A stretch of DNA of 42,410 nucleotides, from positions 1 to 42,410 of IMG/VR virus record IMGVR_UViG_3300025718_000226; one strand, 5' to 3'. A program made the position numbers and the translations under genes. Shown piece after piece: positions 7,475-17,198 of the stretch (positions within the stretch are counted from its first letter, which is position 1; each line of letters starts with the position of its first letter). Source of the stretch: a virus (lineage: Duplodnaviria > Caudoviricetes). Under the pieces are notes generated by a model. The model ran no database searches and had not been told where the DNA came from. It saw only the letters and a program-made list of their open reading frames with translations.

Positions 7475-8586
7475 TAGTCTAGCCCCCCATAGTTAACTGC
7501 TGACGTCCCAAGTTGTGCGACTGCAGTCTGAGCCACTGCAGTAAATACTGGACTAGTCACATTAATGTTTTTCGCCCCAGCCTGTACCATCAAATAAATT
7601 AATTGTGATGGGTTAATATCACGTCCAAGTGCCGCCGATTGCCATGTTTGATATACCGTTATCGCTGCCTGTACTGCCGCTTGGACGGACGTAGCAAGTG
7701 AGGAGTTATCATTGTCAATAAAATAGGTCACATTGATGTTGTACGTAATTGCTGTCGGAGCATTGACCGTTACATTATCCGTTAATGGCCGAATCGAGCT
7801 AGAGGAGCATATCGCTAAAACAGCGTTTAAAATATCCGCCGTGGGTATTATGCCGCCTGACATTAATACTCGAATATCAACAACGCCAGCACTGGGGCTG
7901 TCCACTGTCACATCCGAGATAGACGAATATGCGGTTTTTGCCCAATACGCATACGCTCCACTAGGTCCAGCAGTAGAATACGATTGCGGTGCCTCCTGAA
8001 TGCGTAGTCTAAAAGCAGAATCTACTTCAGCGATCGCTCCGCCACTTGATGTTGTTATATTGGTTACTGCTTGGAAATAAGTAAACGTGTCCACAATTTG
8101 AGTGATTTGACCCGATAAGTATCCGTTACCAGATGTGCCTGAAGTTGTACACTGAGCGGTTACTGTCGTACTAGTCGCGCCGATCGGCACCGATGCAATC
8201 GCAGTCGTGGCGAAAACAAGAGATCCCACACTAACGCGAGTCCCTAAAGGAATCGTCAACACGCTCGACTGAGCCTGTGAAATCGCAAAATGTAAACTTA
8301 CGACCGCAGTAGATGCGGCGTTTCGATAACAGCCTACTAGCACGCCTATTTGATCTAGGTATGATCCTGTCGCATACGCTAACAAATTCATACGGCCGGC
8401 ATTATTAATTACCGTGCGCTGCTGAATTATAATATCAGCAATAGTCAATAAAAAAAGCCTAACGGGATCACCGTCGGCTAATGACCTTACTGCAGTAGCC
8501 TCGTAAGCTGTTATAATCGCGCTTTGGATTACACTAGGGTTCATTTCCGCAAATGTTACGGATGGTAAATTTGATAAGCTAATCAT
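7474..8586 (-). CDS. Baseplate J/gp47 family protein
   Basis: ATGSYLDQIG, GG..AE.D..FR.RI, STAGP.GAY.YWA and IRPLTD.V.V motifs. Confidence 0.95.
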   Translation of the reverse strand: MISLSNLPSVTFAEMNPSVIQSAIITAYEATAVRSLADGDPVRLFLLTIADIIIQQRTVINNAGRMNLLAYATGSYLDQIGVLVGCYRNAASTAVVSLHFAISQAQSSVLTIPLGTRVSVGSLVFATTAIASVPIGATSTTVTAQCTTSGTSGNGYLSGQITQIVDTFTYFQAVTNITTSSGGAIAEVDSAFRLRIQEAPQSYSTAGPSGAYAYWAKTAYSSISDVTVDSPSAGVVDIRVLMSGGIIPTADILNAVLAICSSSSIRPLTDNVTVNAPTAITYNINVTYFIDNDNSSLATSVQAAVQAAITVYQTWQSAALGRDINPSQLIYLMVQAGAKNINVTSPVFTAVAQTAVAQLGTSAVNYGGLD

Positions 8587-8893
8587 TTATTGTTATCACC
8601 ACCTGTGGAACTAATTGGCCCGTTAGGCCGCTGCCTGTAAATGTTATTTTTTTTACCATAGCCCGTGGTTCATATTTTTGAATTACCGTAACCAGTTCAG
8701 CAGATATGCGGGATTTTGCAACCGGCAGTGGGGTATCCAAGAAAGTCGCGCTAACTCCAAATTCTCTATCCAAAGGCACCGAAAATTGTGGTGTTGTCAT
8801 GATAAACCTAACGTTCTGCAGGACCTCCTCTATCACGCTAGTGGGAGCAAAGTTGATATTGCCAGTTAAGGCTGTAACTATGTACTCACTCAT
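8579..8893 (-). CDS. GPW/gp25 family baseplate wedge protein
   Basis: QNV..I.TT..SVPLDREFG and YEPRA motifs. Confidence 0.9.
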   Translation of the reverse strand: MSEYIVTALTGNINFAPTSVIEEVLQNVRFIMTTPQFSVPLDREFGVSATFLDTPLPVAKSRISAELVTVIQKYEPRAMVKKITFTGSGLTGQLVPQVVITIND

Positions 8894-9450
8894 GCATCAT
8901 CCTCCGTATCCGTTGGATTTTCTCCGCCATCACCATCACCAGTAATACCAGCGTTGTCTGTCGTGCTATCGATACTGGCTGCAGGCGTTACCGTGGTAGT
9001 CGTTGTAGTGGCTGCTGTCGAATCTCCAATTTTTTCTACATACCCTTGCAGAGAAATACTCATTTTTAATTGCCACACGCAGCCACTACTATCAATTCCC
9101 GAATAGGTTTCTTCAAAATCCGTTATGATCCATTTATTGCAATTTGGAATGTTGCTACCAATAACGTATCCGCCCACCATCAGTAACATCGGTGTGCTTT
9201 TATTACACGCCTGGTAAATTTGCTCTGCTATTTTTAGCGGAGCAATTCCGAGGGATGCAGATAATAATATTTCAAATTTTATTTCGTCAAGATCAGGCCC
9301 AATTACTTCAGTAAGCGGTTTTGCTCCGATTACTTCATGTTTTGCTATGCGCATTTTTACATTACGTTTCATCCCATCAAACGTAAAAACCTTGGTGTTT
9401 GTTACTTCAAATGTAATATCTCCTAAGCTTCCGAGTGCCACGAGTTGCAC
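8890..9450 (-). CDS. P2 GpU-like tail protein with acidic low-complexity C-terminal extension
   Basis: GSLGDITF and HEVIG.KP.TE.IGPDLDEI motifs. Confidence 0.85.
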   Translation of the reverse strand: MQLVALGSLGDITFEVTNTKVFTFDGMKRNVKMRIAKHEVIGAKPLTEVIGPDLDEIKFEILLSASLGIAPLKIAEQIYQACNKSTPMLLMVGGYVIGSNIPNCNKWIITDFEETYSGIDSSGCVWQLKMSISLQGYVEKIGDSTAATTTTTTVTPAASIDSTTDNAGITGDGDGGENPTDTEDDA

Positions 9451-9456
9451 CCCCTT

Positions 9457-10095
9457 TTATGCATTTGGTGCTCCTGTATTTGATGATCCTGACTGAACAC
9501 CGCTATGTGTATGTGATTCTAAGGTTATCCCACCAGCAGTTACATTACCACTAGCTGTTATACTCCCACTCGTCGCCATATTGCCAGTAACTGTTATGCC
9601 CTTGGTGGCTGTAATGCCTCCAGTTACCGCAATATTTCCCTTAACAGTAACATTGCCAATAATATTTACCCCACTTGCAGCTGTAACATTAACTGTCCCC
9701 TTACAATTCACCGTCATTGTTTGCGTGGAACGATCATACTCCACAACCGTACCATCACTATAAGTGACATGATCCTTATCTCCTGATATGACAGGAGGCG
9801 CATTATTAACATTATAAAAAGACCCTACGACGAATCCGCGCTGAATTGAGTTTGGGAGAAATAAGCAAAGGACATCCTCACCAACATCAGGGAGATGGTA
9901 ATATTTATTTTTTAACGACCCTGGTACCAACATTGGAAGACTATGCGATATGACACCACTTTTATCTGCAAACGCTACCCTCACTGTATGAAGCTTAGAA
10001 TTAACAGATGATACCGTGCCATATCTGATAATATTTTTAGCAGCTTCATCCTGTCCAGAACCTTTTCGGCCGCCAAACGGATTTTTAATATCCAT
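9457..10095 (-). CDS. Baseplate assembly protein V (central spike)
   Basis: LPDVGEDVLCLF, DGT.VEYDR, beta-helix repeats, and the apex motif HTH.GV.SG...TGAP. Confidence 0.92.
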   Translation of the reverse strand: MDIKNPFGGRKGSGQDEAAKNIIRYGTVSSVNSKLHTVRVAFADKSGVISHSLPMLVPGSLKNKYYHLPDVGEDVLCLFLPNSIQRGFVVGSFYNVNNAPPVISGDKDHVTYSDGTVVEYDRSTQTMTVNCKGTVNVTAASGVNIIGNVTVKGNIAVTGGITATKGITVTGNMATSGSITASGNVTAGGITLESHTHSGVQSGSSNTGAPNA

Positions 10096-10465
10096 TTAAG
10101 CACTTCCTTATTTCTACATCTACCGTATAGCCACCTGAAATCTTGTGGGTAGCCTTAGACACGATGTATTTAAGGCTAAAAGCCCCGAAGTTTTTCAAAT
10201 CAACTGTCACACCAGCAACTAGTGTCGGATCACCAAAAATCGTTATATTCCCTGCGTTCTCCTGTTTATTAGCTTTACGAAGAGCATTTTTTGCCATTTT
10301 GACGGGAGTAATACCGGCACTATCAGAACTGGCCGTGCTATCTGTGTTGGCACCACTAGAACTGTCAGAGCCATCCGTTGTGTCAGTCATAGCATCGGTC
10401 AATCCATCAATTTCATTATCGTCAGTTTCTGTAACCTCAGTATCATCTTCTGAATCATCAGCCAT
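10085..10465 (-). CDS. C-terminal part of split GpD/late-control-D baseplate hub, with acidic N-terminal extension
   Basis: GDPTLVAG.TV.L..FG.F..KY.V..ATH.I.GGYT..EIRKCL.GY is the usual GpD C-terminus. Confidence 0.8.
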   Translation of the reverse strand: MADDSEDDTEVTETDDNEIDGLTDAMTDTTDGSDSSSGANTDSTASSDSAGITPVKMAKNALRKANKQENAGNITIFGDPTLVAGVTVDLKNFGAFSLKYIVSKATHKISGGYTVDVEIRKCLNGY

Positions 10466-10467
10466 TA

Positions 10468-11316
10468 TTATTCATCATCCCCTTCGACTACGGGATCATC
10501 TAATTCAGCGCCCGCTAACTCACTGTCATATCCACCATCAGGACAATCATTTACATTGATTGTAACGCCGTCGTTGGTACTGCTATTAGGGTCAGTAAAC
10601 GATCCACTAGTTGTCTTCCCCGTTAGTGGATCTGAATAGCTAACCTTTGCAGTTTTCGCGGTCCCTGCGGTTTTTGTTTTTAAATTAAACTGGATAACAT
10701 CCCCCGCAGTGCGATCAATATCTCGCACTGTAGACTTTGCTTCATAAGTTCGTTCATCGAAAATCACAATCATATTACTGGTTACTTTAAGAGCCGCGCA
10801 GGCTTTTTCACATAAAGTTTGCAAAAAAGCAAGATCGGACGATTGAACCTGGTCAATTCTGAGATATTGGGGATTGATCGCTGATTCATACATGATGGTC
10901 ATATTCGACGCGGCAGCTATATCTGTTGCTATGGATTTTAAATCGATTCGTTCCCACGCCTTGGTTTTTGTCTCACCGCGCAACGTTGATGTTGTCGGAA
11001 TCGATACGCCTTTAATCTGCACGATATGAGGAGGTCCCGAGAATTCAATTTCATCAACCGAAAATGATCCACAAGGCAGGGAAATTGTTTCTCCCGGTCT
11101 TATCCAATCAGTTGTAATTATTGATGCAGTAATGATATCGCCTTTTGCAGGCAACCACGAGGACATCCAAAGTTGATTTTTATCTTCTAAAGAAATATTA
11201 ATACTATCGGCTTTATGAGATTCATTATCTATGTACTCAAAACTGAGCAGAAATGGCGCAATATCCGTTGAAATATCTTTTTTATTATAAACAATTTTAA
11301 CAGTTGCCTGTCTCAT
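10468..11316 (-). CDS. N-terminal part of split GpD/late-control-D baseplate hub
   Basis: DISTDI...SFEY.DN..AD.I.I.LED, CGSF.VDEIEFSGPP, AWE and Q..SDL.FL motifs. ATG at 11316 overlaps the tail X stop. Confidence 0.85.
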   Translation of the reverse strand: MRQATVKIVYNKKDISTDIAPFLLSFEYIDNESHKADSINISLEDKNQLWMSSWLPAKGDIITASIITTDWIRPGETISLPCGSFSVDEIEFSGPPHIVQIKGVSIPTTSTLRGETKTKAWERIDLKSIATDIAAASNMTIMYESAINPQYLRIDQVQSSDLAFLQTLCEKACAALKVTSNMIVIFDERTYEAKSTVRDIDRTAGDVIQFNLKTKTAGTAKTAKVSYSDPLTGKTTSGSFTDPNSSTNDGVTINVNDCPDGGYDSELAGAELDDPVVEGDDE

Positions 11317-11525
11317 GATGATACCTGCTTCCATGGTGGCAAATTAGATCCTACAGAAATAGAAACAGTCGGAATCTTCAATACTGCGCCTGCAGGGAAA
11401 ACAACGACTTCCCGGTATCTGAGATTAGCGGCCATGAGATATTTCATATACATTTCACTGCCCATCTGCTTGTAAGCGATCAAATCCCACATATCGCCCT
11501 GTACTGTTGTATATATGTTAGCCAT
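11313..11525 (-). CDS. Tail protein X (LysM-like)
   Basis: YTTVQGDMWDLIAYK..GSE..LM.AN...F.AG.VL.IP...LPPW. Confidence 0.92.
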   Translation of the reverse strand: MANIYTTVQGDMWDLIAYKQMGSEMYMKYLMAANLRYREVVVFPAGAVLKIPTVSISVGSNLPPWKQVSS

Positions 11526-13389
11526 AACTTAAACGCTCCTCATTGCTTTGAAGTGCTTGTAATTTACTCATCAAGTCATCATTCGATCTGGACAATGCAC
11601 TATTTACTTCCTGGCCACCACCAGCAATAGTAATAACGCGATTATCATTATAGATAATTCCTCCTGATCCACCGCGACTACTTGCTCCTCCACTTTTGCC
11701 CACGCCAAGAGCCTGTCCAGCTTGGGCCCAAATAGCCAAGCCTCGCCCGCGATTAGATAACGGAATGACCGCCTCCGGTTTATTACCTTCAGCAAATCGG
11801 GCAATATGCTCACGATTAAAAATACCACCATTAGCATGGCCGGGAAGAGTTGTATTACCATCACCACTGCCAGACGGCACTCCACTAGAAAAGACGTTCT
11901 TTACAGTGTTCCATTTATCAGTAATCCAGTCAAACAGTGGCATGAATAAGTTTTTAACTCCGTCAACAAACCCGCTAAGAGCCGATGTTACGCCACTCCA
12001 ATCACTGAAAAAGGCTTTAATTTTATCCCAATTCTGATATAATACGTATCCGATTGCAATTAATGCTGCAACACCTAAGACTACAAGTCCGATTGGATTG
12101 GCATTCAACGCGATATTTATTAACCACTGTGCAGCCGCCCAAGCTCTAGTAGCAATTGCAACTACTTTCATTTTTGCACTAGCAAGGGCCGTCATGATGT
12201 GCAAATTACGAACATGTCCGGCTAATAAAATAGCGTCCTTTCTTGCATCGATCATTGCTTTACCAAAACTGACAAACGACACTGCCATCTTTAAGCCAAT
12301 CCAAGCTGCGCCAATATAAACCAAGTTATGGAATCCACCAATCAACCCAGCAAACGCTTTTACGCCACGATAAACAGTGCCAACCATACCTCCTAATGCT
12401 TTAACGCATTTTAAAATTTCTGGCATGGATTCTTTTATTCCCACTCCTAAATCACTAGCAAATTTCTTAATTGCTGGCTGATATTTTACGGCCAATTTAG
12501 CAATATATTGCATTCCTTCAGCCATCCCAGGCATTAGCGATGTCCCAATAGTAAGTTTTACTCCCTGCATAACAGCATCTAAGCCCTTTTTTGCCTTTGC
12601 GTAACTTCCAATCTGCTCCATGTTACTCTTTGTCATAACAAGCCCAAGCTTAGCAGCTTCATTTTGGAGTGCCTTTAGTTCCACTGCACTTAGTTTTGCC
12701 ATAGCGGCCATGCTTGCTCCGCCTTTACCAAAGATCTTAACCGTTAAGTTGGATCTTTCGGCAGCATCCGATACTCCATTTAAACCCTTCATAACACGTG
12801 TAAAAGCTTGTTCAGGACTCATATTTTTCAATTCACTTGCAGAAATACCAATTTGTGATAAGGTTTTTGCCATAGCTTTATTACCGAGTTTTGCCGCACC
12901 AACACTGACATTCATTTTTCTGAGAGCCTTATCGAAGTCTTCGGCTCCAATACCTGCACGACTAGCGGCATAAGCTGTTGATTGATACCATTCGGTGGTA
13001 ACCCCCAATGCTTTAGATGCCATGCGGGAACTTTTGGCGTATTCCATTACATTATTAGATAGCTTCATTGCTATGGCGTAATAACCTGTAACCGCTGTTG
13101 TCGCTATTCCGACCGTTATGGCTGCCGACTTGAAAGCCGAACCAACGGAGGCCTTAAACTTGTCTGCAGCTCCCTGCGCCGCCACAAATTTTGATCTGTG
13201 AGCAGTTAGCCCGTCTATTTGTGCTTGCAATGCCGTTTTATTGCCACCGGCCTTCATATCGGCTTTGAGTTTCTTTATTTGACTATCTAACTCACCGATT
13301 CGTTTCGATGCTGTGATAAATGTAGACGAAAAGTTTGAGCTCAGTTTCCCTGCGAGTTGGAACGCGACATTGTATATCTTCCCAGCCAC
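11518..13389 (-). CDS. Tail tape measure protein
   Basis: Ala/Lys-rich helical protein with ANPIGL..LYQNWDKIK and HANGG..AEG..PEAVIPL. Likely GTG start at 13389 after AAGGAGG. Confidence 0.92.
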   Translation of the reverse strand: MAGKIYNVAFQLAGKLSSNFSSTFITASKRIGELDSQIKKLKADMKAGGNKTALQAQIDGLTAHRSKFVAAQGAADKFKASVGSAFKSAAITVGIATTAVTGYYAIAMKLSNNVMEYAKSSRMASKALGVTTEWYQSTAYAASRAGIGAEDFDKALRKMNVSVGAAKLGNKAMAKTLSQIGISASELKNMSPEQAFTRVMKGLNGVSDAAERSNLTVKIFGKGGASMAAMAKLSAVELKALQNEAAKLGLVMTKSNMEQIGSYAKAKKGLDAVMQGVKLTIGTSLMPGMAEGMQYIAKLAVKYQPAIKKFASDLGVGIKESMPEILKCVKALGGMVGTVYRGVKAFAGLIGGFHNLVYIGAAWIGLKMAVSFVSFGKAMIDARKDAILLAGHVRNLHIMTALASAKMKVVAIATRAWAAAQWLINIALNANPIGLVVLGVAALIAIGYVLYQNWDKIKAFFSDWSGVTSALSGFVDGVKNLFMPLFDWITDKWNTVKNVFSSGVPSGSGDGNTTLPGHANGGIFNREHIARFAEGNKPEAVIPLSNRGRGLAIWAQAGQALGVGKSGGASSRGGSGGIIYNDNRVITIAGGGQEVNSALSRSNDDLMSKLQALQSNEERLSYG

Positions 13390-13390
13390 G

Positions 13391-13561
13391 TTATCCCTCC
13401 TTCCTCGGGTTTTTCTGAATGAATTCAACCCAACTCATTAAGCTGTGTATTGTCATTGCCGACCAATAGCCTATTGGGGCGTTTTCAGACCTAGAAAGAC
13501 TGAGGCAGACGGTTCGTATCGTCTGCTCAGGTTTCTTTTCTAGACCTATTCGCCGAAAAAA
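13391..13561 (-). CDS. -1 frameshift extension of the tail assembly chaperone (GpE'/gpGT-like)
   Basis: Slippery T TTT TTC at 13555-13561. The -1 frame is open for 56 codons (…IGYWSAMTIHSLMSWVEFI…) and ends just before the TMP start. Confidence 0.75.
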   Translation of the reverse strand, partial: FFRRIGLEKKPEQTIRTVCLSLSRSENAPIGYWSAMTIHSLMSWVEFIQKNPRKEG

Positions 13562-13824
13562 GCCATTACTGCCGTAGTTGCATTGCTGAAATCTTTCGCA
13601 CTGAGCTTCCGCATCATGGCAGAATCAATCTTAGCGGCGCGAGCAAACACGTTAGCCTGATAAACTTTAGATAGATCCGGCACTGGGGATATCGTTCCCC
13701 CTGCGAGCATTTCTGCTTCAGCAACTAGCATATCGTCCCCGGTCAATCCATCTAAGTCATACTCAATTTCTTCATATTTTTTCCCGTTATATTCGAGCGG
13801 TTTTTTTAACTTTAATTTAATCAC
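13546..13824 (-). CDS. Tail assembly chaperone
   Basis: LKKP...D.DGLTG.D..AE...S..YQ..AA...L.AKDF; lies between the tube and TMP genes. Confidence 0.85.
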   Translation of the reverse strand: MIKLKLKKPLEYNGKKYEEIEYDLDGLTGDDMLVAEAEMLAGGTISPVPDLSKVYQANVFARAAKIDSAMMRKLSAKDFSNATTAVMAFFGE

Positions 13825-13834
13825 AATAACCCTC

Positions 13835-14359
13835 CTAATAATCTAGTCCTAAGTCATTCCGTACATCAGCAAGATAGTCCTCACCATTTACAGAGAATAT
13901 AAAATTATACTTGTCCAGTTCAAGAACCTCGTCGCCATCAATATATATCTTGATATAGCTAACTTCAAACTCGTTTTTAGTATCCGTCTGACCGGCAACG
14001 ACCAACTTTCCGAGTGATGTTTTTTTAGGCATCGCTCGGACAATTACTTTTACAGGGACCGTCGAGAATGTTCCCGTAGAGGTGTCATAAGCCTGCTGAC
14101 TTCCCCGAAAATCAAGAGCATGGGCTACTGGAGCAATCAAAGATAGAGCATTTGCCGTAATGGTGCGCCATGAAATCCCCAATGTCAGTATGTCATAATG
14201 ACCAATTATAGGAGCTTCAACTTCACCAGCGATTCCTGCGCCCTTTACTTTTTCAGTTAATGCATCTAGTGATGGAAGGTCTACATTGGCGGTCCCTAGT
14301 AGGACATCGCCATCGAGGTATACCATGTAATTGATCATATTTTCAGGTAAAACACTCAT
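13835..14359 (-). CDS. Major tail tube protein (P2 FII-like)
   Basis: G.A.V.LP, GAGIAGE and E.DK.N...VNG.D.L..VR motifs. Confidence 0.92.
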   Translation of the reverse strand: MSVLPENMINYMVYLDGDVLLGTANVDLPSLDALTEKVKGAGIAGEVEAPIIGHYDILTLGISWRTITANALSLIAPVAHALDFRGSQQAYDTSTGTFSTVPVKVIVRAMPKKTSLGKLVVAGQTDTKNEFEVSYIKIYIDGDEVLELDKYNFIFSVNGEDYLADVRNDLGLDY

Positions 14360-14377
14360 TGAAAATCCCCCTTTCTT

Positions 14378-15835
14378 TTAAGAATTACTACTGAATAACG
14401 TGGATAAATACGACGTATCATATTCTAGATAATCTTCGATTTCCTCCGCAGGTGTAGGAGGAGTGACATAGGTATGAAACCGTATAATCCCATTCATGAG
14501 GTCTGTTGTCGGATTTTCCGATGCCAAGAATTGCATATTTCCACCAAGAATAAATCCACGCGAAGTCAAGCCGTTTAAGCGAATATTTTCGCTATCAACC
14601 AGTGTTTCAATCAGCACTCGATTGACAGGTCTGTCTACTTTCGACCAATAGGTCTGGATAAATGTATTCCCAATCCAGTCAAACATGCGCCGAATAGAAA
14701 TAAAACTGTCCTTTGGGTCGGTATTGGAAGGGTAACACGCTGTACGGTTCCCCCATGCACGCCAGCCACCGATCCAGTTAAGAGCGGTAACAATTCCCTG
14801 GCCATTAATGTAATTAGCCTCTTCCATGCCAAAAACAACCTTTGTACCATTTGCTAGTACGAGTGAGTCCATCTGCAAATTATTATTTGACGGGCTTTGG
14901 TAAGGGATTTCATCATTTTGACTATCAAGCAAACAATTCAGCGCAGCCAATTGGGTGGACATGTGAAAGATTTGACCTGATAGGCTAACTTTGGGCCAGC
15001 ATACTATCTGTCGCGGAAATTGATAATTATTGCTGTTGATCCACGCGGGAGCAGCACTATATTTAGTAACCGTAGCCGTAGGTATATCTACTAATGCAAT
15101 AGCTCTAAACACACCGTTAATAGATGCGGCCTTTGCCTCCATGACGGCAGCCACTGCCGGAATAGTTGACCAGTACGGAGCGAGAACTTGCCCTGGAACC
15201 AAACGGAAAAGAGGGAATACCTGGTTGAGTAATTCCAATCCAGTATATACCCCAGTAGTTGCATTAACGCCACCGACAATATCCGTCGATGCCACGGTAG
15301 AGGGGCTAAGCTTGTTATATGTTACAACTAATCCTGATGTTGCTAAGGTAATAGCCCCACTAACAATTCGTGATACAACGACATAACCATTATCATTAAA
15401 AGCCGCTATATAGTCAGTGCCTAGAATTAAAGGCTGACCGAGCGCGGTCAGTTTCACGACCAAACTGCTGAGTAAAATACCTGCATCTGTTAACGATACT
15501 GAGTCAGCTACCAAAGTTACAGCCTTATCTGTAACCGTGGTTTTGTGTACGGTTGGATCCAGTACATTTATAAAAATTACAGGTGCAACAGCAAACAATT
15601 GGAAAAACGCATACATGGCTTCGCAAAGCGTATAATTTTCCCAATCTTTGCTATAACCGAGAGCCGCGACTGCCTCTGCATAGGTATAGCAAAGAATTGG
15701 CACGTTAGTCGCTGCAGTCGGATCATCGCTCAGGTTAATCGGGGCTGTTCCGAATACAACTGGAATGCCTGCCGTTGTCGTGACGGGAGGCACGACCGAC
15801 GTTGGGATATCTGATATATATATTCCATGATTCAT
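14378..15835 (-). CDS. Tail sheath protein
   Basis: HG.YI, GTAP, SPSN, WGNRT, FISIRRMFD and TPP.PAE motifs. Confidence 0.95.
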   Translation of the reverse strand: MNHGIYISDIPTSVVPPVTTTAGIPVVFGTAPINLSDDPTAATNVPILCYTYAEAVAALGYSKDWENYTLCEAMYAFFQLFAVAPVIFINVLDPTVHKTTVTDKAVTLVADSVSLTDAGILLSSLVVKLTALGQPLILGTDYIAAFNDNGYVVVSRIVSGAITLATSGLVVTYNKLSPSTVASTDIVGGVNATTGVYTGLELLNQVFPLFRLVPGQVLAPYWSTIPAVAAVMEAKAASINGVFRAIALVDIPTATVTKYSAAPAWINSNNYQFPRQIVCWPKVSLSGQIFHMSTQLAALNCLLDSQNDEIPYQSPSNNNLQMDSLVLANGTKVVFGMEEANYINGQGIVTALNWIGGWRAWGNRTACYPSNTDPKDSFISIRRMFDWIGNTFIQTYWSKVDRPVNRVLIETLVDSENIRLNGLTSRGFILGGNMQFLASENPTTDLMNGIIRFHTYVTPPTPAEEIEDYLEYDTSYLSTLFSSNS

Positions 15836-16152
15836 TATTTTTTCACCGCCTTAGTGTTGAATGTAGCAACAATCAGCTGATATAACGATGATTGAGCGCT
15901 GCCCTTAGAAGATAATGCAATTCTAGTTTGTGCGAGTTGCTCGACTGGAACGATCAGGCTCCCAAGTGCTGCGCATTTACTAACAAGTTGCTCAATGTGC
16001 TCTGGCAGACCGGTATTAAAAATACGATACTGGGATAGACCATATTGGCGCGGTAATGTTGGACCGCAATATATGACCGACTGTTCGGCAGTCTCAGTCA
16101 CGACGTTCTCAGTCGATTCCAGTGTGACTGCTTCTTCTTGAGTTTCACTCAT
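15835..16152 (-). CDS. Hypothetical neck/tail protein
   Basis: IY.GP.LP motif; position immediately before the sheath gene. Confidence 0.7.
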   Translation of the reverse strand: MSETQEEAVTLESTENVVTETAEQSVIYCGPTLPRQYGLSQYRIFNTGLPEHIEQLVSKCAALGSLIVPVEQLAQTRIALSSKGSAQSSLYQLIVATFNTKAVKK

Positions 16153-16633
16153 TGTACATGCCTCCTATGAATAATTCTTGGACCATTGGCACAAGATATG
16201 ATATTGTCATTTCCCCCTGCCAGATCGGCAACGTATGACCTGTAGGGGCTGTCCATTTTATCGGGAACGTTGCCCGGTATTTACGATCAAGGATTGGACG
16301 CTGATAAATTAGCCGTTGAATCATCGCCATTAAAGCAATGGTATTCGCAGGACCTAACTGTTCACTGTTAGACCATGTCCTGACGGCTATAATAACTCGA
16401 TTTGTCGCCTTTGCTTGATCTTCTCCTGCGTTCCAATCCGCTTCACCATTGTCGTAACGAATTACAATACAGTTTTTTTCATAATCTTCGACGGTTTCCG
16501 TCCTTTTGGGAGGCAGGAAGCCTTTTACTACTGTCACTGGCCATTGCACATTGTTTTCATCTTCAACGATATAACCTTTGACAGCTTCAGTAATAAAAGC
16601 TACTAAACTATCTAACAGTAAAGGATCAATCAT
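16145..16633 (-). CDS. Putative tail terminator/completion protein
   Basis: GFLPP.. and P.W.G motifs plus synteny. ATG at 16633 follows AAGGAG. Confidence 0.65.
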   Translation of the reverse strand: MIDPLLLDSLVAFITEAVKGYIVEDENNVQWPVTVVKGFLPPKRTETVEDYEKNCIVIRYDNGEADWNAGEDQAKATNRVIIAVRTWSNSEQLGPANTIALMAMIQRLIYQRPILDRKYRATFPIKWTAPTGHTLPIWQGEMTISYLVPMVQELFIGGMYNE

Positions 16634-16634
16634 A

Positions 16635-17198
16635 CTACTCCTTCCCCAGCAGATATGCGATTTCGTGGTCGAGGCGCTTTTCAAATCTAGATTCGGCCCC
16701 CGTCATTACTTCTTTCTGGATATTCGCTTCATTCATCATCTGTGGGATTGCTGGACCATATAACTGTTCGATTGGCTTGCTGGCCTTTCCACTACGCTCA
16801 AAAACACCGATATGCCCGTTCGCCATTTTAGCAACAAACGCATCCGGGATAGGTTTACCCCCTGAACGTTTGACCGATGCCCTTAAAACTGTTCCAGGAG
16901 CTTGATATCCCGGCTTATTTGGCGTTACTCTGAACTTAATCAGTGGGATTGGACTGCCGGCGCCATTAACAGAAGCGCGCAGGGTAGCCATGGTGGATTT
17001 CCTAACCTTCATCCCTGCACGAACATCGGTCATTTTAATGTCATACATTTTGGTTATCTTACGAGCCACGTCTGTTCTAACACCATCAATAGTGCGATTC
17101 AATGCATTATTGATAGCTTTGGGTGCTCCGTTTTCAATGTGGCTTAAAATAGTATTTGCTTTTGCAATCTGCCCAAATGATCCATTTAAATCAATCAT
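16635..17198 (-). CDS. Minor tail protein Z-like
   Basis: ALNRT, AF.A.M.NGH.GVF.R, LYGP.IPQM and RLDHEI motifs. Confidence 0.85.
   Translation of the reverse strand: MIDLNGSFGQIAKANTILSHIENGAPKAINNALNRTIDGVRTDVARKITKMYDIKMTDVRAGMKVRKSTMATLRASVNGAGSPIPLIKFRVTPNKPGYQAPGTVLRASVKRSGGKPIPDAFVAKMANGHIGVFERSGKASKPIEQLYGPAIPQMMNEANIQKEVMTGAESRFEKRLDHEIAYLLGKE

Noticed and set aside
13390-13428. Tape measure start at 13428
   Set aside because: The SD AAGGAGG points to GTG at 13389, and the upstream part belongs to the frameshift extension.
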